Source: Aplysia californica (taxonomy: Eukaryota). Taken from it: 63,861 bases of DNA. A program made the position numbers and the translations under genes. The DNA lies in contig NW_004797420.1 of assembly GCF_000002075.1 (NCBI RefSeq), forward strand, positions 503,033-566,893, written 5' to 3'. Below, in pieces: positions 52,301-61,300 of this stretch. The notes under the pieces are model-generated. The model searched no databases. It was not told the DNA's origin and was given only the letters and a program-made list of their open reading frames with translations. Position 1 is the first letter of the stretch. Each line of letters starts with the position of its first letter.

Positions 52301-55300
52301 TCCTGAATGTTTTTGAAGGGTCTGTAAACTTTCAAAAAGATATAAGTAGCAATGCCAATCGCCTGCTGCGCCTTGGGCCGGAAATCGGCCTCTGCGGGAG
52401 GGGTAATTTTGGGGCCGCTCGGAATCAGAAGTGACTCTCTTCTAAGTATAGTTATGGGAAAACTTGTGGACAAAAATAAATGAAACTCGGCAACCAATCA
52501 GAGGAAAGGTTAAACTAACAACAGGCCAGCGTACAATCCCGAACGATTTTTAGAACTGGAGATATTGCCGTGTTTGTGCGAATGTCCTCTGCGGTTTGAA
52601 AACCAAGCGGAGCTGCGGGTTGATCGCCAACCATACAGGCGCCCCACATGTCTTCTTTTTTGCTGTAAAATTTCAGATTTCTGCGTTCAGTACATTTTAC
52701 GTACCAACTTAAAATTACCACCCATCCATTGATAAAACACTAGAGCTGGAAACAAGATCACGCATTCCAAATGCGAAGTGCCGGCATGCAAGAGGTGCGT
52801 GAAGGCTAGGAGGCATGGGATTGGCTACCTATAACTAAATAGGTCGCCGATGACTTCATCGCGGGTTTTCCCAATAGCGCTTTACTGAGTTTTAGAAGTG
52901 GTGATCGCGTCGCGGTAAAAACGATGTCACGCAATTCAACAAATTTCACTCAAATATCAGTCTTTAAGATCCAAAGTAATAAAGACATTGAAAAAGTGAT
53001 AGCAGAACTAGATTTTCCACTAAAAATCACATGAAGATGCCAAGTTTCATTCATATGCTCCGATTCATTACTGACTTATGAACAGTTTTTCCTCAAAATA
53101 CATCAAGACATGTCCCACATTTTGGCGATATTTTCCTATATGAAGTTCCTCCAACATTTTGCAAACAAAAATCCCCATAACTTTTTTATTTATCAATGGA
53201 TTTTAAAAATTAAAAAAACATAGTTCTTAGAATTTACTCTATTTTCTTTTAAGCCCATTTTTAAAGCAATTTGGATGAAAATTAATTTTTTCATTGTTAT
53301 TGCTAATATATGTCTTTTTTGTTTAAGATGGAGTTTTCCATCAGGGTTGATCCCTAACAATTTCAGCTCTTTTTTATGACAGGAATTTACCTGTCCCTCT
53401 CTTCTTCCAGTCTGCTTTTCTTGTTTTGTTTCTGCACACTAAAGCAGACTCAAGTTTTCTGTGCACTGCAATTTGAAAATGATAAAAAATGTTGAAACAA
53501 TAAATTGATGTCTTTGTCAAAAGGTCTTTCATGGTTGAGACAAACTTTTAATTCATCTTCCTAAGTTCAAGTCTGCTTTGTTTTTATGACTCTTTGTACC
53601 ATCGTTTGTTCATCTAGTATGTCTAGCATGGTGTTCCTAAAAATTTGAAAGGGATTCTATCTGATTTTGCCTTCAGGGTGGTGCTTTTTTGTTGTTGCTA
53701 TGTTAACCTGGTACAGTAGTCTCCGCCTAAACGCACGGTGCTTGGGAGGTCTCCTTAGCGTGTGTTTATACGGAGCGTGCGTTTATATGAACCTTTGCAA
53801 GGGGAGGAAGGGACGCAGTCATCTCAATTCTTTATCACTCTAGTAATCTCCCTTGGAAGGAGAAGGGGTCATTTTGGCAGATAATGTGACGACACGTGAC
53901 TGTTTTGTGAAGGATTCCCCGACTGGGTTTAAGAATACAAAGGCGTAAAATGGGGGTGGTGGGGGGGGGGAGGGGGGTGGAAGACAGACTCAATGTAATG
54001 AATAATATGCACTAGGCCTATAAACGTCGGGAACAGATAGCGTAAGAGGAAACTGTTGGAGATAGTCATAGAGACGACGGCCCAGCCACGTGGCTTTCCA
54101 AGCGACCACCCCGACCGTAAATTCATGCAGAATCATAGATCTCTACATTCAGAGAAACATTTCTTTTGTGGTTCGTTGAACAAGTACGTTATAACTTCTT
54201 TGAGTGGAACTGATTAGGCTTACTTGGCTAATCTTTAGATCTAATCCTATAGAGGCCTGTCTAGTGTTTTACGGCATTTACGCGTGTCGTGCATCAGGCC
54301 TAAATCTAACTAAACATTACTAGCACTCAGTCAAACACCAGTCAGAAACTTTCTCTCAAAGAAAGGCACATTATATGTGAATGTCTCAGTGGAAAGTTGG
54401 ATGTGAAAACTGAAAACGCTGTCCTTCATTCTCTTTGATCGGCGTGAGGGGCACGCTCACCAATTTTCTAGGCTTGTCTTATGCAAGCTGTGCGGGTTGT
54501 AGTGAAAATTTCCCCTTGTCATGCTTTTCTTGTCACTTGTCGGTGTGTTTTGCGGATCGGAGCGTGCGTTTAGAGGGAGCGACCGTGCGTTTGTATGTCT
54601 AAATTATATAGTAAAATACCCGTTAGATGACGAAAGCGTGCGTTTGAGCAGAGTGTGCTTTTGTATGGCGTGCGTTTAGGCGGAGACTACTGTAACTGAG
54701 TCCATGTCCCTCTGTTGGCCAAGTTTGACATTGTCATTTTGTTCCTGTCTCTCACAGCTGTTTGTCAGTGCCATGGGTCCCCCTGGTGGTGGGCGTAATG
54801 ACATCACCTCCCGGTTCACCAGACATCTCAACATCATTTCCATTGATGAGTTTGACGATTCAATCATGACCAAGATCTTCACTGCCATCACAGATTGGCA
54901 TTTTGGAAATGGCTTTGAAGGCTCTTTCATCAGAAATGGAAAGGTATGTGCTAGGGATCATGTTTTATTTGTTGTAGGTGATAGTCATAAGCTTGGCTAA
55001 TCTTGTGACTTGTTCTTTGGAGGCTGAAAGGCTATTTGGAGTCAAACGTAGTCATTGGGTCAATTCATAGCACACTTTGGAAATGCTGTAACAGATATTC
55101 GACCTTTAACCTTTGACATACTAAAAGCAAAATTGTATTTCTTAGTCATGATTTTGTGCTCATCAACTATGATAAACCTAATCACAGTCAAATCTTCTCT
55201 AACGGCCACCTGTTTAAGACAATCACCTGTACAAATGATCAGTTCGCACTTTGCCCTTTGCATTTTCTCCACATTATAATGACACTTTAGTGGGTGGTTG

Positions 55301-58300
55301 GCGGGTGCTCTGGTGTGGTTTGCTCCTTCTTTCCTATCGAACGTCTATCATCCTTATCTCCCCTTCTTCTTTTTTATGTTTGTTACTCTCTTGTAACACC
55401 TCTAATCTTCTGGCGCTCATATGACCTTATGCAGTTGCGAGCGCCGTAAAACCTCTACTAAAACTAAACTAATTACACTTTCTAAGACGTCTACTTATCA
55501 AAGACAAACATTTTTGTTCTCAACCATGGGTGGCCATCTCACCCAATTTTGACTGTATTCCTAAAGTTAAAATCTACCATTTCTGTTTCTTCTGCTTTTT
55601 CATCTTTAGATTTGTAGCATTACTGTTTCTTTTTATGACCTTTTTTTTTCATGTGGTCCATGGTCCTGTACAACTGTTTATTGTGTTATATTGTACTGAG
55701 GTGCATTTTCTATCCACTTTTTAATACAAATAGACATCTGTTTACCTTCCAGATGCTAGTGACTGCGACAATGGGTGTGTACAAAGATGCCATTGCCAGC
55801 TTCCTGCCCACACCAAGCAAGTCTCACTACGTGTTCAACTTGCGAGATTTTTCACGTGTCATCCGGGGCGTGCTGCTGGTGCCAGCTGCTGAGATGACAG
55901 AAGTCGATATGCTGCTAAGACTGTGGGTGCATGAAGTGTACAGAGTATTTTATGACCGTCTCATTGATGATGACGACAGGTAATTGACTCTGCTCTGTGT
56001 ATGTATATGTGTGTGTGCATGGGGAAAAGGGGAGGGCTGTCAAAAAATATACTAAGTATTTAAGTATTTCATGACCCTGTCATTGATGATGAGGACTCTG
56101 TGTGTAGGGGGGCTCAGGAACTTTGTCATTAATGAGATTGACATTCTGAATAATAAGACAAGGATCTCCCCCTCCCTCCCAATCCCCCATTACTCTTAAT
56201 GCTATTCTCTGTGTGTCTGTGTATAGTTTGATTATGAAAAATTGATCTAATTTGTTTACCCCAGATAAAGAGGTAAAGTGTATTGTTACTCATCGTTTGT
56301 TCCTTGATGTATAGTTATAGTTAACAGTTTGTCCCTTTTCTTGATATTTGGTTCTTATTATTGCTTAGCCTGTGTGGTTTTTGAGATACCTATGAAGGTC
56401 TTATTTTTAAATTAATACTTCCATTTATTCTTGTTCACAGCAACTTTTTAATCCCCATTTCTATTTTCCCTCACACAGAAATATGTTTTTCAATATTGTG
56501 AAGAACAACTGCCAAGACAGTTTCAAACAGAACATTGACAAGATCCTAGGTCATCTATCGCTGAGTGGTAAGGTGGTGGACGATGATATCCGTAGCTTGT
56601 TCTTTGGTGACTACCTCAACCCGGAGAACAAAGTCTACAAGGAGATCACAGATCTGAAAGAGCTCACAGCTGTCATGGAGCAGTGAGTCACAAATGTCTC
56701 TTTCACAAATGTCTCTTTATAACAAATATCTCAATGTCACAAATGTCTCTTTATCACAAATATCTCTTTGTCACAAATGTCTTTCACAAATGTCTCTTTA
56801 TAACAAATATTTCTATGTCACAAATGTCTCTTTATCACAAATATCTCTTTGTCACAAATGTCTCTCTGTCGCAAATGTCTCTTAAGCACAAACGTCTCTT
56901 TATCACAAATATCTCTTTGTTTCAAAAGTTTCTTTATCACAAAAGTCTCTTTGTCACAAACTTCTCTGAGTGGTGGGTGTCTTTTGGTTATGCTCATCTC
57001 TTACTGGCTGACATCTGTTACAGTAGTGCTCAGAATTTTCATTTGGTTATTTTGATTTTTAAATGTTTGAATATTACAAGAGAGGGATATCTGGCAGTGA
57101 GTTGAAAAGTATACGAGTATTCAAGTTGTGCTTATAAAATTATCTGTGTCTTTTTCTGACTGTGTGTGAATCTACAGAGGGGGCTAGCCTTTTTAATATC
57201 TGTTGTCTCCTCAAATGCAAAACCAGTTCAGTTGATATGCATGTTTCATAAATCTTTCTTATATTTAATTTCTATTTAAAATGTAACCTAGAACCTTACA
57301 AGTATCTCATCTTTTCACTTTCTTGACCTGGTTTGGGTATTGTTACAGTCCCATGTCAGTGCCTGTGACCATCTTCTCATGCTCAGCATAATACATTCAT
57401 TGTGTGGTATTGTGTTACCCTCGCAAAAATAGGAAAGATTTTTCACTACTGCTTAATTTTTTATGCTTTTGCTTTTGATGCCATAGATAGATTCCGAGGG
57501 TCACAAAGTTTTTTTCCAAAAGAATTTTTCACTTTAAATTTTGTTGTGAATAGTTGATCTCACAATTTACCATTCCAGTGACTTATCAAACATTTATGAT
57601 CACTTCACGACATTCATTTTTACATAACTGGTTGATATCTCTGTAGATGGGTGCCTCACATTAAAATTTCAACAAAGATTTCATTCAGGTCTCACAGAAT
57701 TGACTCATCTCATTTCATTTGGCTTGACACTTAGTCAAAATTTGTATTCACTGCTGCTTTTGTCCTCTTCTCTCACACCTCTGTCCTGTTCACTCACACA
57801 TCTGTCCTGTTCACTCACACCTCTGTCCTCCTCACTCACACATCTGTCCTCTTCACTCACACATCTGTCCTCTTCACTCACACCTCTGTCCTGTTCACTC
57901 ACACATCTGTCCTGTTCACTCACACATCTGTCCTGTTCACTCACTCCTCTGTCCTCTTCACTCACACCTCTGTTCTCTTCACTCACACCTCTGTCCTCTT
58001 CACTCACACCTCTGTCCTCTTCACTCACAACCCACCTGCATGTCTCCCCCTGCTTGCGTCCACAGCTACCTAGAGGAGTATAACATTGTCAGTAAAGCCC
58101 CCATGAAGTTGGTCATGTTCAAATTTGCCATTGAGCACATGTCACGTGTCAGCCGTGTGTTGTTGCAAGACAATGGACATGCCCTACTTGTTGGTAAGTG
58201 TGTCTCAGAGACTTGACATTTTAATGCAGTGACTACTCACAGAGTTCTAAACTTTTCAGTTAATGGTTCTTTAGCTGACATCCTGAGATGGACAGTATTT

Positions 58301-61300
58301 GCAAATTGACGTTTGGTTTGAAATTTGAAACAAGTGACATGACATATCATGTCTGCAACTTTTCATCCTCTTCAGAGAAAGGTCCGGGCGACTCCAACAA
58401 GACCTTTAAAATTCAAAACTTTATATTATTTTACCATTCAGTCTAGTAGGGAACATGCAGCGTTGCTGTATGTTATGTACAAATCACTGTTATCACATAA
58501 TATGTTATCTTTTTCAAAAGCCAAGAATGCATTTCTGTCTTTATGGACCGGAGGATAACAGAAACATGGGAAATAGTATAAAGTTTTAAGTTCTTGTTGT
58601 TTTAGTTTCACCTTCTGAATTGTAGATCACTGTTCCCTGCCATCACAATAGTGTTATCTAGTGAATTGTGTGTAAATGTGCCAAGCCATCACCCAAGTTT
58701 TAATTTGTGAATGGTGGATGTAATGTGTTGTGCTTTCACTTTGGTGTTATTCTGAGAATTTCATCACTTAAGTGTTACTTTGTGAATGATTGGTCATTGT
58801 GTTATTTCACCACATTAGCATTGCTTTGTGAATAATGAGTCATTGTTTCGTACTATCCCCTTAGTGTTACTTTATGAATGTTGAGTCTTGGTCATCATGC
58901 AGTCCATTAGCATTACTTTGTGAATGTTGGGTTAGTGTGCCATGTCATCACATTAGTGCCACTTTTCTGACACTCGTTTATTTTGTTGATTCATGATAGT
59001 ATGGCTTCTCTGACTGCACAATGCTTTCTTCTGCCAGGTATTGGGGGCTCTGGTCGCCAAAGTGCAGCCAAACTGGCAACCTTCATGGCAGACTACGAAC
59101 TTTTCCAGATAGAAATTACCAAAAACTACGGCATTGCTGACTGGAGAGATGATCTGAAAAAAGTGAGTGCATTTTGTAAGGTTACATTTATGGGGAGATG
59201 AAGTTGTACATTTTGTTGATATGAAACCGAGGCTTAGGAATATCAATGTATATAGTCCTGACTGTTTAGTTTGCTTAGCATCTCAACAAGTGTTAGTCAG
59301 AGTATATTTTGTCATGTTTTATAATGCTGTATGAAAAGAGGTGAGTGTAATAAAATTTGGAATTCTTCAAAACAATGTGTGCAAAGTCTTTTTTTAAAAT
59401 TTCAGAGCTCAAGTCTGTTTTCATACCAGTGGTGATTTGAATAGATGTAGAAGCAACTAGTTTTACTCTCCTTGTACAATTAGATGATCGGCAGTTTTCC
59501 AGGTTTTGTTGACTGCTTTTAGCAACTGTGCTTTTTTTAAGGGAAGAAGTGTAATGTTAGTCTTGTTTGAGTATTAAGAAGTAGCAAAATTGACAAAATA
59601 ACATTCTTTAAGCGATGAGCAAGAGTTAGACAAGTAGACAGAAACAGAATAGGGACAATGAGGAAGTAGACCTAGCAGTAGGGCTGGGCCTCCTGACCAC
59701 TGACACAAGGTAGGTGGAGAAGTACCCCTAGTGAAGTCAATTGAAAGCATTCTTGTCTCTTTTGTTATCCTTTGCTAATGATAGCAATGCAACTACATTT
59801 ACTTTTAATATGAAACTATATGATGGATGTTTAAAAATGTCTAGGGTTTTTTTCATGTCTTAATATTTTTATCCCTAAAATTTGACTGTATTTTTCATTT
59901 CTATTTACTTCTTTTCTAACAGCTGCTACTGAAGGCAGGGACAGAGGGGAAGCAGACAGTCTTCCTGTTCTCAGACAACCAAATCAAAGACGAGTCGTTC
60001 ATGGAAGACATCAGCATGATCCTCAACACTGGCGACGTACCCAACATCTTCCCGCCAGATGAGAAAGCCGATGTCATTGAGAAAATGCAAACTGTGGCTA
60101 GAAATGAGGTGATTCTTTTTTTTTATTCTGTTCAAGTCTGAGTCTCTGCTTCAGATCTCTGTTTCAATTAAGTCCTTGTAAGGCTTGGAAGTCTGGAGAT
60201 CAGATGCTTATCTTCATCATCATCATCATCGCCTTTCTCACCCTGCACCAGGGTATAGGCCACAGACAAACACCTTCCACCTTTCTCTATCCTGGGCTAG
60301 CCTCTTGATGTTGTTCCATGTCTTCCCACTTTTTTGTACATCGATTTCTGTGAATCTTCTCCAGGTTCCACGTGGTCTTCCCCTTGATCTCTTACCTAGT
60401 GGGTTCCAATCCAAAACTTTCTTTGTTATGCTGCTGCCCGACTTCCTGAGAGTATGTCCTTAGGACCTTTGACTTTGCGGGGTGGATCCTCAATCCAACA
60501 GACTCTGATAGGCTGTTTAATACTAAAGTCTTTGCTTGCATCTGTTCCTGGATGTGCAACAGAAGCGCCAAGTTGTCTGGAAAATCCAGATCGTCTAACT
60601 GTGTCCATGGTGTCCACTTTATACCATTTCTGTGTCCTCTGGTGGTTTCCTTCATCAGCCAGTCGACTGCCAATATGAAGAGGAAAGGTGATAGTAAACA
60701 TCCCTGTCTTCCACCAGTCTTGATGTCAAAGTTGTCAGTGAGCTGGCCATCATGTACTACCCTGCAACTTGTCTCTTCGTACATGCTCTTGAGGAGGTTC
60801 ACCAACTTCTGTGGGATTCCGTGGTGTCTCATTATCTTCCATAGTGTTGCTCGATCTATACTGTCAAAAGCCGTCTCATAGTCAAGGAAGTTGACGATCA
60901 GCTGGGAGTTCCACTCTAAGGACTGTTCCACAATAATCCTCGGCATGGCAATTTTGTCGGTGGTTGAGCAATTTTTCCGGAAACCAGCCTGTTCATCCCG
61001 TAGTCTTGGATCTGTTGCTGTCTTGATTCTCTCCAGAATGATTCTGTTGAAGACCTTACCTGGTATTGAGAGAAGAGTGATCCCTCTGTAGTTGCTGCTG
61101 TTGCTGAGATCCCCCTTTTTTGGAAGCTTTATGAGGTGTCCTTCTTTCCAATCCTTTGGGAACTTGCTCTCATTCCAGATCCTGGTAAACAGTGGGAGGA
61201 GGAGGTCTGCCGTCACATTGGCATCTGCTTTTAGGGCTTCAGGTGGAATCTGATCAGGACCTTTGTTTAGCTTCTTAACGGCATCCAGAATCTCTTGTTT

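Noticed and set aside
32585-54930. Numerous - strand ORFs overlapping dynein exons
   Set aside because: Antisense shadows of codon-biased exons.
56687-58030. Regular repeat arrays resembling CRISPR
   Set aside because: Head-to-tail tandem units with no unique spacers, eukaryotic intron context, no cas genes.
59038-59066. AAA4 P-loop has Arg instead of Lys (GSGRQS)
   Set aside because: Normal for this inner-arm dynein subgroup; not a lesion or a novelty.
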